NCBI GenBank assembly: GCA_045578465.1
Contig: JAZNKJ010000009.1
Location: 14,881 to 78,880, forward strand
DNA from: Clostridia bacterium
GTDB taxonomy: Bacteria; Bacillota; Clostridia; Monoglobales; Monoglobaceae
DNA length: 64,000 nt
Reading direction: 5' to 3'
The notes under the pieces were generated by a model, which saw only the letters and a program-made list of their open reading frames with translations, was not told the DNA's origin and did no database searches. Of the stretch, positions 28,875-37,627 are shown in pieces. Both the position numbers and the translations under genes were made by a program. Numbering within the stretch: position 1 is the stretch's first letter; each line of letters starts with the position of its first letter.

Positions 28875-29369
28875 TTAGTTGTTGAAATTATCCTCGATTG
28901 CTTTGTTTTTCTCCAAAACCTTTTCTGCGGCTTTCCTTCTTGCTTCAATAAGTTTTTCAGAGAGAGCTTCGTCGGATACCGCAAGAATCTGTATTGCAAG
29001 GAGGGCTGCATTAACTGCGCCGTTTATGCCAACAGTTGCAACAGGGATACCCGGGGGCATCTGAACTGTTGATAAAAGGGCGTCCATTCCGTCAAGAACG
29101 GCTGCTTTAACGGGAATACCGATAACAGGAAGGGTAGTGTTAGCTGCAATTGCTCCTGCAAGGTGCGCTGCCATTCCCGCAGCGGCAATGATTGCCCCAA
29201 AACCATTTTTAATTGCATTTTGAGAAAAGTCCTTTGCCTGCTCGGGTGTTCTGTGAGCAGAGAAAACATGAACTTCAAAAGGAACACCATATTCCTTTAA
29301 AGTATTTATAGCTTTTTCGACCACAGGCAAATCGCTGTCAGAACCCATAATGATACCTATTTTTTTCAT
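28875..29369 (-). CDS. purE: 5-(carboxyamino)imidazole ribonucleotide mutase, class I-like PurE
   Basis: The ATG at 29369 (MKKIGIIMGSDSD) follows GGAGG; the track GTG at 29384 overlaps the RBS. The SAHRTP motif suggests class I. Confidence 0.9.
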   Translation of the reverse strand: MKKIGIIMGSDSDLPVVEKAINTLKEYGVPFEVHVFSAHRTPEQAKDFSQNAIKNGFGAIIAAAGMAAHLAGAIAANTTLPVIGIPVKAAVLDGMDALLSTVQMPPGIPVATVGINGAVNAALLAIQILAVSDEALSEKLIEARRKAAEKVLEKNKAIEDNFNN

Positions 29370-29393
29370 AATGACAACCTCCACAAGAATTTT

Positions 29394-29508
29394 AAAAATA
29401 AAAAAGGGTAGACAAATCCAATAAATGAATTGTCTGCCCAGACGGTCGGCTTTATATTCCTTTTGCTCCCACGCGGTTTTCCGCTTCTTCCGTCAGTAAC
29501 AAAAGGTT
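29394..29508 (-). promoter_or_regulatory. ZTP (pfl-motif) riboswitch with terminator expression platform
   Basis: Minus-strand leader: CCUUUUG-UUACUGACGGAAGAA-GCGGAAAACCGC-GUGGGAGC-AAAAGG..linker..GCCGACCGUCUGGGCAGAC. P1 is CCUUUUG/CAAAAGG. P2 hairpin is GCGG-AAAA-CCGC. GACGG/CCGUC are complementary, matching the consensus ACUGGCG..CCGCCUGGGCA. GGGCAGACAA..UUGUCUACCC plus a U-run forms a terminator that overlaps the 3' aptamer strand. Confidence 0.75.
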
Positions 29509-29570
29509 ATTTCGGTCCTTTTCCGCTCTGCATAAAAACTAAGAAAGAACAGACCTTTGATACATATATA

Positions 29571-29600
29571 ATTATAACAGTTACAGGGGGTTTTTGTCAA
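29571..29600 (-). promoter_or_regulatory. sigma-A type promoter of the pur operon
   Basis: On the minus strand: consensus TTGACA (29600..29595), 18-nt spacer, consensus TATAAT (29576..29571). Confidence 0.7.
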
Positions 29601-29659
29601 GGAAATTTTGCCGAAAAAAGACGAAATTCCTCATATTATTTGAGCAAGAGGAAAAACAT

Positions 29660-29688
29660 TTGCAATCGTCAAAAAGATATGTTAAAAT
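29660..29688 (+). promoter_or_regulatory. sigma-A type promoter of the GH13/glycogen cluster
   Basis: TTGCAA (29660..29665), 17-nt spacer, TGtTAAAAT extended -10 (TAAAAT 29683..29688). Confidence 0.55.
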
Positions 29689-29718
29689 TTATAAAAAGAA
29701 AGACATTAAGGAGACGAA

Positions 29719-31596
29719 ATGAAGGCATACTATAATTCAAGAGATTTAAAACATAAAAAGCCTTTCGGGGCAATGAAAACGGAAAGCTCTGCCGAGTTTT
29801 TTATAGAAACGGAGGGCGTTTTTTCCGCGAAATTGCGTCTTTGGTATGACGACAGAGAAACCCTTATCCCAATGGAGAAAAAAGAGGGCGGGTTTTCCTG
29901 CTGTGTGGCTATGCCAAGAACGGCTCAGCTGGTCTGGTATCATTTTATTTTAGAGACCGACGAGGGCTGGAAATTCTATTATGACAACGACGAAAGATTT
30001 GGCGGTGTCGGGGCAATAAAAAACTGCCCTGAGGGCCATTCTTATCAGATAACCTTATACGATAAGGATTTTAAAACGCCAAAGTGGTTTTATGACGCTG
30101 TTATGTATCAGATTTTCCCTGACAGATTTTATAAAGGGGAAGAAAAACCAAAAAAGAGAGAAGAATATATTCTTCATAAGGATTGGTATGAGCCTTTTAC
30201 ATTCCAGAAGCACCCCTTTGAAAACGGCCCTGCCTGCAACGATTTTTACGGCGGAAATTTAAAGGGAATTGAGGAAAAACTCCCGTATCTTGCGGATTTG
30301 GGCATAAGCGTTATTTATTTAAACCCTATTTTTGACGCCTATTCAAACCATAAATATGACACGGCGGACTATACAAAAATTGACCCAATGTTTGGGACGG
30401 AAGAGGACTTTAAACGCCTCTGCGAAAAAGCGAAAAAGAGAGGTATCCGCATAATACTTGACGGCGTTTTCTCTCATACGGGGTCTGACAGCGTTTATTT
30501 CAACAAGTATAAAAGCTACGGCGAGGGAGTGGGAGCTTATCAGGACATAAACTCCCCATACAGAAAGTGGTATCAGTTTAAAAATGACGGAAAATATGAA
30601 AGCTGGTGGGGTTGCACCAATCTTCCTAATGTAAATGAGACCGAGCCGACATATTTAGACCATATTTTAACGGGGGAAGATGCTATAATAAAGAAGTGGC
30701 TCCGTCTCGGAGCATCAGGCTGGCGTCTTGATGTGGCTGACGAGCTTCCCGACAGCTTTATAAAGACACTTCGCAAAGAGGCGAAAAGCGAAAAAGAGGA
30801 CTGCGTCATAATCGGCGAGGTCTGGGAAGACGCCTCAAACAAAGTAAGTTACAGCAGCCAGAGAGAATATCTCTTAGGCGACGAGCTTGACAGCGTTATG
30901 AACTATCCTTTTAAGGACAGTATGATTGACTTTATAAAGGGATATATAAACGCTCCTCAGTTTGAAAAATGCATAATGAAAATCGCGGAAAATTATCCAA
31001 AAGAGGTTTTATACAGCCTTATGAATATGGCAGGGACCCATGACACAGCGAGAATTAAAACTGTTTTGGGAACAAATGATGACCCGACCTATATGAGTGA
31101 TGAGGATAAGTGGAATTATTCTCTATGCGGGGACGAGGAAAGAATTGCAACGGAGAGGCTTATGCTTATGGTGTTTATGCAGATGACCTTCGTTGGCGTT
31201 CCGTCGATTTATTACGGAGACGAGGCGGGAATGGAAGGTTTCCGCGACCCGTATAACCGAAAGCCTTTCCCTTGGAGAAATATAAATGAGGAACTTTTAA
31301 GCTATCATAAGGAGCTTATAAAACTCCGAAACGAAAACGACTTTTTAAAAAGGGGGACATTCGAGCCTCTTTATGCAAAGGATAAGGTTTTTGTTTATCT
31401 TCGCGAGATAAAAGACGGAAAAGATGTTTTCGGGAATAAGGCGAAAAACGGAGCGGGACTTTTCATAGTGAACTGTTCAGATGAAATGGCTTATATAAAG
31501 ACGGAGGAGCTTGGGGAAAAGGCAAAAGAACTTCTGGAAAATGCGGAAGAAATAGCGATTTCTCCAAGAAAAACGCGGTTTTTTATTGGAAAATAA
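29719..31596 (+). CDS. GH13 alpha-amylase family hydrolase (neopullulanase/cyclomaltodextrinase-like)
   Basis: 625-aa ORF with an N-terminal domain followed by GH13 conserved regions (VMYQIFPDRF, DGVFSHT, GWRLDVADEL, IIGEVWED, THDTAR). Confidence 0.88.
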   Translation: MKAYYNSRDLKHKKPFGAMKTESSAEFFIETEGVFSAKLRLWYDDRETLIPMEKKEGGFSCCVAMPRTAQLVWYHFILETDEGWKFYYDNDERFGGVGAIKNCPEGHSYQITLYDKDFKTPKWFYDAVMYQIFPDRFYKGEEKPKKREEYILHKDWYEPFTFQKHPFENGPACNDFYGGNLKGIEEKLPYLADLGISVIYLNPIFDAYSNHKYDTADYTKIDPMFGTEEDFKRLCEKAKKRGIRIILDGVFSHTGSDSVYFNKYKSYGEGVGAYQDINSPYRKWYQFKNDGKYESWWGCTNLPNVNETEPTYLDHILTGEDAIIKKWLRLGASGWRLDVADELPDSFIKTLRKEAKSEKEDCVIIGEVWEDASNKVSYSSQREYLLGDELDSVMNYPFKDSMIDFIKGYINAPQFEKCIMKIAENYPKEVLYSLMNMAGTHDTARIKTVLGTNDDPTYMSDEDKWNYSLCGDEERIATERLMLMVFMQMTFVGVPSIYYGDEAGMEGFRDPYNRKPFPWRNINEELLSYHKELIKLRNENDFLKRGTFEPLYAKDKVFVYLREIKDGKDVFGNKAKNGAGLFIVNCSDEMAYIKTEELGEKAKELLENAEEIAISPRKTRFFIGK

Positions 31597-31631
31597 CAAA
31601 GGAACACGGAATATTTTGGTAAGTATTGGCA

Positions 31632-31660
31632 TAGACAAAGGCAAAAATCTTTGATACAAT
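31632..31660 (+). promoter_or_regulatory. candidate promoter upstream of glgB
   Basis: TAGACA (31632..31637), 17-nt spacer, TGaTACAAT extended -10 (TACAAT 31655..31660). Confidence 0.45.
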
Positions 31661-31742
31661 GAAAATAGTAAAATTATACTGTTTCGTAAAAGGTTTTTGC
31701 CTTTGTTATAGGCAACATTACCAAAACGAAGAGGGAGACACC

Positions 31743-33662
31743 ATGAGAAAAACGAATAAAGAAGCAAAAGTTAACTATACATCGGAGCCTCTTCTCTATC
31801 TTTTTAATCAGGGCAAGCATTATAATCTTTATAAGATGCTGGGTGCCCATAAGGAAAGAAGAGAAGGTAAAAAGGGCTACCGCTTTGCTGTATGGGCCCC
31901 GGAAGCGTCGGCTGTAAGCGTCGTTTGCGACAGTAACGGCTGGGATAAGACCAAAAACCCTATGGATTTTTATGAAAATCACGGCGTTTGGGAGACCTTT
32001 ATAGAGGGTATTGAAGAGGGCGAGGTTTATAAGTATCTTATAACAACCCGAAACGGTCAGGAACTTTATAAGGCAGACCCTATGGCTTTTGCAAGTCAGC
32101 TCCGCCCTGAAACCGCATCGGTTACGGCGGATTTGTCTTATAAATGGAACGACGATGAGTGGCTCTTAAAGAGAGAAAAAACAGAGCCTTATAATAAGCC
32201 CATAAACATTTATGAAATGCACTTTGGCTCTTGGAAAACCCATGAGGACGGAAGCTTTTTAACCTATCGTGAAATGGCGAAAGAGCTTGTTCCCTATATT
32301 AAAAAGCAGGGGTATACTCATATTGAGCTTATGCCTCTTGCGGAGTATCCTTTTGACGGCTCCTGGGGGTATCAGGTAACAGGATATTACAGCGCCACAA
32401 GCAGATTCGGCAGCGGCGAAGATTTAAAATATTTTATTGACGAGTGCCACGGCGCAGGGATTGGAGTTATAATGGACTGGGTTCCTGCCCATTTCCCAAA
32501 AGACAGTCACGGCCTTGCCCGTTTTGACGGAAGCTGTTTATATGAGCATCCCGACAGCAGACGGGGAGAGCATAAAGAATGGGGAACTTTGGTTTTTGAC
32601 TGGACAAAAACGGAAATTCATTCATTCCTCATCTCCAATGCAATCTTCTGGCTCAGCGAATATCATTTTGACGGTCTCCGCGTTGATGCCGTTTCAAGTA
32701 TGCTCTATCTTGACTATAACAGAGGGTGGGATTGGCTCCCTAACAAATTCGGGGGTAAGGAAAATCTCGAAGCCATTGAGTTTTTACAGTCTCTTAATAA
32801 AGCGGTTTTTGAAAGATTTCCAAACATCTTAATGATTGCGGAAGAGTCAACTGCCTGGGGCGGAGTTACAAAACCTGTCCACGAGGGCGGTCTTGGATTT
32901 AACTTTAAGTGGAATATGGGCTGGATGAACGACATATTAAGATATATGGCGATGGATCCATACTTCCGAGGCTCAAACCATAATCTTATAACATTCTCAA
33001 TGATGTATGCTTACTCGGAAAACTACATTCTTCCCCTTTCTCACGACGAGGTGGTTCACGGCAAGAAGTCTCTCGTTGACAAAATGTACGGGGATTATGA
33101 GCAGAAGTTCAAGAGCCTGAGACTTTTATACAGCTTTATGTATGCCCACCCGGGAAAGAAGATGCTCTTTATGGGCGGAGAGTTTGGCCAGTTTATAGAG
33201 TGGCGTTTTGCAGAGGGTCTGGATTGGCTTCTTTTAGACTATGACAGACACGCCCAGATGAAAGACTTTACGAGAGATTTAAATAAATTTTATTCTTCTC
33301 ATAAATCCTTCCACGAAAACGATTCTGACTGGAACGGGTTTAAATGGATTAATGCGGGCGACAGCGAGCATAGCGTCATAAGCTTTATGAGAATAAGCCG
33401 AAGCAAACGAGAAAAAATAATTGCCGTCTTGAACTTTGCGGCGAGAGACCATAAGGAATATTATATCGGTGTTCCCTCAGCAGGGGAATATGAGGTTATC
33501 TTCACAACCGATGATATAAAATACGGCGGAGAGGGGAAAATCAAGGGGCCTTTCAAAGCTGAAAAAGGAAAAACGGGAGATTTTGATTATTATATCAAAG
33601 CGGATTTGCCTGCTCTTTCTTCAATGTATCTTAAAAAGTCCGCAAAAAGCAGAAAAGCTTAA
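31743..33662 (+). CDS. glgB: 1,4-alpha-glucan branching enzyme
   Basis: The ATG at 31743 follows GAGGGAG; the track start at 31659 lacks an RBS. GH13_9 motifs are present (DWVPAHF, GLRVDAV, MIAEEST, LSHDEVVHGK). Confidence 0.94.
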   Translation: MRKTNKEAKVNYTSEPLLYLFNQGKHYNLYKMLGAHKERREGKKGYRFAVWAPEASAVSVVCDSNGWDKTKNPMDFYENHGVWETFIEGIEEGEVYKYLITTRNGQELYKADPMAFASQLRPETASVTADLSYKWNDDEWLLKREKTEPYNKPINIYEMHFGSWKTHEDGSFLTYREMAKELVPYIKKQGYTHIELMPLAEYPFDGSWGYQVTGYYSATSRFGSGEDLKYFIDECHGAGIGVIMDWVPAHFPKDSHGLARFDGSCLYEHPDSRRGEHKEWGTLVFDWTKTEIHSFLISNAIFWLSEYHFDGLRVDAVSSMLYLDYNRGWDWLPNKFGGKENLEAIEFLQSLNKAVFERFPNILMIAEESTAWGGVTKPVHEGGLGFNFKWNMGWMNDILRYMAMDPYFRGSNHNLITFSMMYAYSENYILPLSHDEVVHGKKSLVDKMYGDYEQKFKSLRLLYSFMYAHPGKKMLFMGGEFGQFIEWRFAEGLDWLLLDYDRHAQMKDFTRDLNKFYSSHKSFHENDSDWNGFKWINAGDSEHSVISFMRISRSKREKIIAVLNFAARDHKEYYIGVPSAGEYEVIFTTDDIKYGGEGKIKGPFKAEKGKTGDFDYYIKADLPALSSMYLKKSAKSRKA

Positions 33663-33686
33663 CTTAAATCAATTGGAGGCGTTTTT

Positions 33687-34949
33687 ATGAATTCAAAAGA
33701 ATGTGTAGCCATGATTTTGGCAGGCGGTCAGGGAAGCCGACTTGGCGCCCTTACAACCAATGTTGCAAAGCCTGCTGTGCCTTTTGGAGGAAAATATCGA
33801 ATTATCGATTTTCCGCTCAGTAATTGCAGCCATTCAGGAATTGACACCGTGGGAGTTTTAACTCAGTATCAACCCCTTGAACTTAATACTTATATAGGAG
33901 GCGGTCAGCCTTGGGACTTAGACAGGCGTAACGGCGGAGTTTATGTTCTCCCCCCTTATGTTTCTGCTGAAAAAGGGGAATGGTATAAAGGAACCGCTAA
34001 CGCAATCTATCAGAACATAGGTTTTATCAGTCAGTTCAACCCTGAATATGTTGTTATTCTGTCAGGGGACCATATTTATAAAATGGACTACTCTGCTATG
34101 CTGAAAGCGCATAAGAAGGCAAAAGCCGATGCAACCATTGCCGTAATTGAAGTGCCTTGGACAGAAGCTTCAAGATTTGGGATTATGAACACCGACGAGG
34201 ATATGAATATAGTTGAGTTTGAGGAAAAACCAAAAGAGCCAAAGAGCAACCTGGCTTCAATGGGTGTTTATGTTTTCAGCTGGGGACCTCTTAAAAAATA
34301 TCTTATCGCCGACGAAAATGACGAGACATCTGATAACGATTTCGGGAAAAATATTATCCCGAAAATGCTTGGCGACGGATTAAAACTTTTCGCTTATCGC
34401 TTTGACGGATACTGGAAAGATGTTGGAACTATCCAGAGCCTTTGGGAAGCAAATATGGAGCTTCTTGACGAGAATCCAAAGTTCAATCTTGATAGCGATA
34501 ACTGGAAGATTTACAGCAAAAACCCTGTTCTTCCTCCACAGTATATTTCCGAAACAGGAAAGATTTCAAATAGTTATGTAACCGAGGGCTGTGAAATAAG
34601 CGGAACCGTTGAACACAGCGTTATCTCTGCGGGCGTAACCGTTGAAGAGGGCGCGGTTGTCCGCGACTCCATCATATATGGCGGAGTTCATATTGGTAAA
34701 GATGCGGTTATCTATAAATCTGTTATAGGCGGAAACACTTATATTTCATCCGGTGCAAAAATAGGTTGCACCGATGATGATGCTATTGACAAATATATCA
34801 ATAAGAAAATCTGCACAGATGACATAACACTCCTTGGTGCAAACATAGTCATAGACGAGAAGATTAAAATCAAGAGTGGATCAATGGTCGTTAAAAATGT
34901 TATGGGTAGCGACAAGAAAACATCTAAGGGACAAAAGGAGGAAAATTAG
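33687..34949 (+). CDS. glgC: glucose-1-phosphate adenylyltransferase
   Basis: 420-aa ORF with [36 protein letters not shown] and a C-terminal left-handed beta-helix. Confidence 0.95.
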   Translation: MNSKECVAMILAGGQGSRLGALTTNVAKPAVPFGGKYRIIDFPLSNCSHSGIDTVGVLTQYQPLELNTYIGGGQPWDLDRRNGGVYVLPPYVSAEKGEWYKGTANAIYQNIGFISQFNPEYVVILSGDHIYKMDYSAMLKAHKKAKADATIAVIEVPWTEASRFGIMNTDEDMNIVEFEEKPKEPKSNLASMGVYVFSWGPLKKYLIADENDETSDNDFGKNIIPKMLGDGLKLFAYRFDGYWKDVGTIQSLWEANMELLDENPKFNLDSDNWKIYSKNPVLPPQYISETGKISNSYVTEGCEISGTVEHSVISAGVTVEEGAVVRDSIIYGGVHIGKDAVIYKSVIGGNTYISSGAKIGCTDDDAIDKYINKKICTDDITLLGANIVIDEKIKIKSGSMVVKNVMGSDKKTSKGQKEEN

Positions 34950-34950
34950 T

Positions 34951-36072
34951 ATGCAAAACAACACAATGGGACTTATTTTCTCCGAAAATCCGGAGGCTAA
35001 CTTAGGAATACTCACAAACAAAAGAGCCTTGGCGGCTGTTCCGGTTGGAGGCAGATACAGAATTATCGATTTCGTGCTCTCAAATATGATAAACTCGGGC
35101 ATAATCAATATAGGAATGCCAACTGCTGCAAGAACACAGTCTTTAACTGACCACCTTGGAACAGGCAGAGATTGGGACCTTGACAGAAAAGGAAACGGAC
35201 TTTTCTTAATCCCTCTTTATGATAGCGATTCAGCATCCATAGGGGGCGTTGGAAACATATTCAACTCCTTTGGCTTTTTAAAGAGAGCTAAGCAGGAATA
35301 TGTTGTGGTAAGCGACTGTAACACAGTCTGCAACATTACTTATGATGAGGTTATGGCATTCCATATGGAAAACAACGCAGACATTACTCTCATTTATACG
35401 GATGTCCCTGAGCTTTCCGACTCCGATTTAAAGAGACATATATTGCTTGATGTTTCTGATGAGGGCAGAGTAACGGATATGCAGATTTATCCTACAATCC
35501 AAAAGTCAAACCATTCATATATGCACACCTTTTTAATTAAAAAGGAACTCTTAATGGAGCTTACAGGGGACTGCGTTTCTCACGGAAAGACAAGTATTTC
35601 CAAGGACATTCTTCTTGAAAACCTTTCAAGACTTAATGTTTTAGGCTATAAATTTACAGGCTATCGCAAAAAGATTGATAGCATTCAGGCATATTTTCAG
35701 TTCAATCTTGACCTTCTTAAAAAGGATGTCAGGGACGAACTTTTCGGCAACATTGACAACAACAAGATTTTCACAAAGGTAAAGGATATGGTTCCCACAA
35801 GATACGGCAAGAACTCTCAGGTTTCAAATTCCTTTATTGCCGACGGTTGCACAATTGAAGGAACTGTTAAAAACAGTATCATCTTCCGTGGGGTTACAAT
35901 CGCCGAGGGAGCAACAGTTGAGAATGCGATAATTATGCAGAATTCTCAGATTCTTGAAAATTGTCTTGTTGAGAATGCAATCTTTGACAAGGAAGTTGTT
36001 TTAGGAAAGGGCAAAAAGCTTGTAGGCCAGGAAACCTATCCTGCTTTGGTTGGTAAGAGAGTTATTATCTAA
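34951..36072 (+). CDS. glgD: glucose-1-phosphate adenylyltransferase subunit GlgD
   Basis: The ATG at 34951 lies directly after the glgC TAG and GGAGGAAAA. It is a paralog of GlgC lacking the catalytic G-rich loop (..VPVGGRYRIIDFVLSNM..). This is the Firmicute glgC-glgD arrangement. Confidence 0.88.
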   Translation: MQNNTMGLIFSENPEANLGILTNKRALAAVPVGGRYRIIDFVLSNMINSGIINIGMPTAARTQSLTDHLGTGRDWDLDRKGNGLFLIPLYDSDSASIGGVGNIFNSFGFLKRAKQEYVVVSDCNTVCNITYDEVMAFHMENNADITLIYTDVPELSDSDLKRHILLDVSDEGRVTDMQIYPTIQKSNHSYMHTFLIKKELLMELTGDCVSHGKTSISKDILLENLSRLNVLGYKFTGYRKKIDSIQAYFQFNLDLLKKDVRDELFGNIDNNKIFTKVKDMVPTRYGKNSQVSNSFIADGCTIEGTVKNSIIFRGVTIAEGATVENAIIMQNSQILENCLVENAIFDKEVVLGKGKKLVGQETYPALVGKRVII

Positions 36073-36105
36073 CCAAAGGAAAACGCAGAAAGGATTGATG
36101 ACAAA

Positions 36106-37533
36106 ATGAAAATACTTATGGCCTCCTCCGAGGTTGCGCCATATGCTAAAAGCGGAGGCTTGGGCGATGTTTTGGGTGCTCTCCCTCAGGCCCTTGTAAA
36201 AGAAGGGCATGAGGTAGCTGTTGTGCTTCCTAAATACGGCGGAATCAAAGAAGAATTTGTAAATCAGATGGAGTATAAATTCTTTATTTATATCCCTGTT
36301 GGTTGGAGAAATAAATATTGCGGAGTTTTTGAAATAGTTAAAGACGGCGTTTCCTATTATTTCGTCGACAACGAATATTATTTCGGTGCAAAAGAGCTCT
36401 ATCTCTGGAACGATTTGGAAAGGTTTGCCTTTTTCGATAAGGCCTGCCTTGAAATCTTAAAAGGGATTAACTTTAAACCTGATGTTATCCACTGCAATGA
36501 CTGGCAGACGGGAATGATTCCTGTGCTACTCGACGCATATTATAAAAGAGATGAGTTTTATTCCGGTATTAAAACCGTGTTTACTATCCATAACCTTAAA
36601 TATCAAGGTGTTTATGATGTGAATGTGGCCCGTGATTTCTTCTCTTTAAATGAGGGATATTTCACTAACGATAAACTGGAATACCACGGCTGTGCCAACC
36701 TTTTAAAAGCGGGAATTGTTTATGCAAACGAGGTAACAACTGTTAGCCCGACTTATGCAAACGAGATTAAAACTCCAATCGGCGGAGAGGGTCTTGACGG
36801 CCTGCTTCGTGCAAGAGAAAATTCTCTTACGGGGATTATAAACGGAATTGACTATAATGAATATAATCCGCGGACGGATAAAATGATTTTTAAGAATTTC
36901 AATCTCAACAACTTCATAGAAGGCAAAAAGGCAAACAAAATGGCTCTTCAAGAGTATCTAAACCTTCCTGTTGACGGGGAAAAGGTTATGATTGGCCTTG
37001 TTTCAAGACTGGTTGACCAAAAGGGTCTTGATTTAATTGCAAACGCTATGGATTCTCTTATGGGAATGGATATTCAGTTTGTAATTTTGGGAACGGGGGA
37101 AGAAAAATATGAAAATCTTTTCCGCCATTATGCTTATCATAATCCCCATAAGGTTTCGGCGAATATCACTTTTTCAAATGACCTTGCCCATAAGATTTAT
37201 GCAGGCTGTGATTTGTTCTTAATGCCGTCAATGTTTGAGCCTTGTGGCTTAGGACAGCTTATCGCTCTCTCCTACGGAACAATCCCGATTGTCCGTGAAA
37301 CAGGCGGTCTTTCTGACACCATAAAACCTTATAACGAATTTACGGGAGAGGGAAATGGTTTCAGCTTTGCTCCTTATAACGCAGAGGACATGATGTTTAC
37401 CATTCGCAGAGCCATAGATTTCTTCTCCAATAAAGAGGTTTGGAAGAAACTTGTCCGCCGTGCATTAAAAGAAAATTTCTCCTGGGAAGAATCTGCAAAA
37501 AAATATATTGAAATTTATGAGAAAATAGTGTAA
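36106..37533 (+). CDS. glgA: glycogen synthase (ADP-glucose type)
   Basis: 475-aa ORF. MKILMASSEVAPYAKSGGLGDV.. plus the GT5 C-terminal motifs. Confidence 0.95.
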   Translation: MKILMASSEVAPYAKSGGLGDVLGALPQALVKEGHEVAVVLPKYGGIKEEFVNQMEYKFFIYIPVGWRNKYCGVFEIVKDGVSYYFVDNEYYFGAKELYLWNDLERFAFFDKACLEILKGINFKPDVIHCNDWQTGMIPVLLDAYYKRDEFYSGIKTVFTIHNLKYQGVYDVNVARDFFSLNEGYFTNDKLEYHGCANLLKAGIVYANEVTTVSPTYANEIKTPIGGEGLDGLLRARENSLTGIINGIDYNEYNPRTDKMIFKNFNLNNFIEGKKANKMALQEYLNLPVDGEKVMIGLVSRLVDQKGLDLIANAMDSLMGMDIQFVILGTGEEKYENLFRHYAYHNPHKVSANITFSNDLAHKIYAGCDLFLMPSMFEPCGLGQLIALSYGTIPIVRETGGLSDTIKPYNEFTGEGNGFSFAPYNAEDMMFTIRRAIDFFSNKEVWKKLVRRALKENFSWEESAKKYIEIYEKIV

Positions 37534-37538
37534 AATAA

Positions 37539-37597
37539 GAGAGGTAACGCTTTTTGGCGTTACCTCTCCCCATAATTTCGGGGAATTCTTATTTTTT
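37539..37597 (+). terminator. strong hairpin(s) between glgA and glgP (partial terminator or stability element)
   Basis: Perfect 12-bp stem GAGAGGTAACGC/GCGTTACCTCTC (37539..37568), then a CCCC..GGGG mini-hairpin and a T6 run about 22 nt later. Confidence 0.45.
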
Positions 37598-37627
37598 AAG
37601 GCAGTAAAAATGAAAGGTGAAAAAGAA

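Noticed and set aside
29394-29570. A purine (guanine/adenine) riboswitch upstream of the pur operon.
   Set aside because: The conserved three-way junction sequences of the purine aptamer (UAUAAU..UGG..CUACC..ACUA) are not present. The leader instead matches the ZTP/pfl architecture.
29430-29735. A 101-aa plus-strand ORF between purE and the GH13 gene.
   Set aside because: It overlaps the riboswitch, the pur promoter and the GH13 promoter. It has no RBS and an improbable composition.
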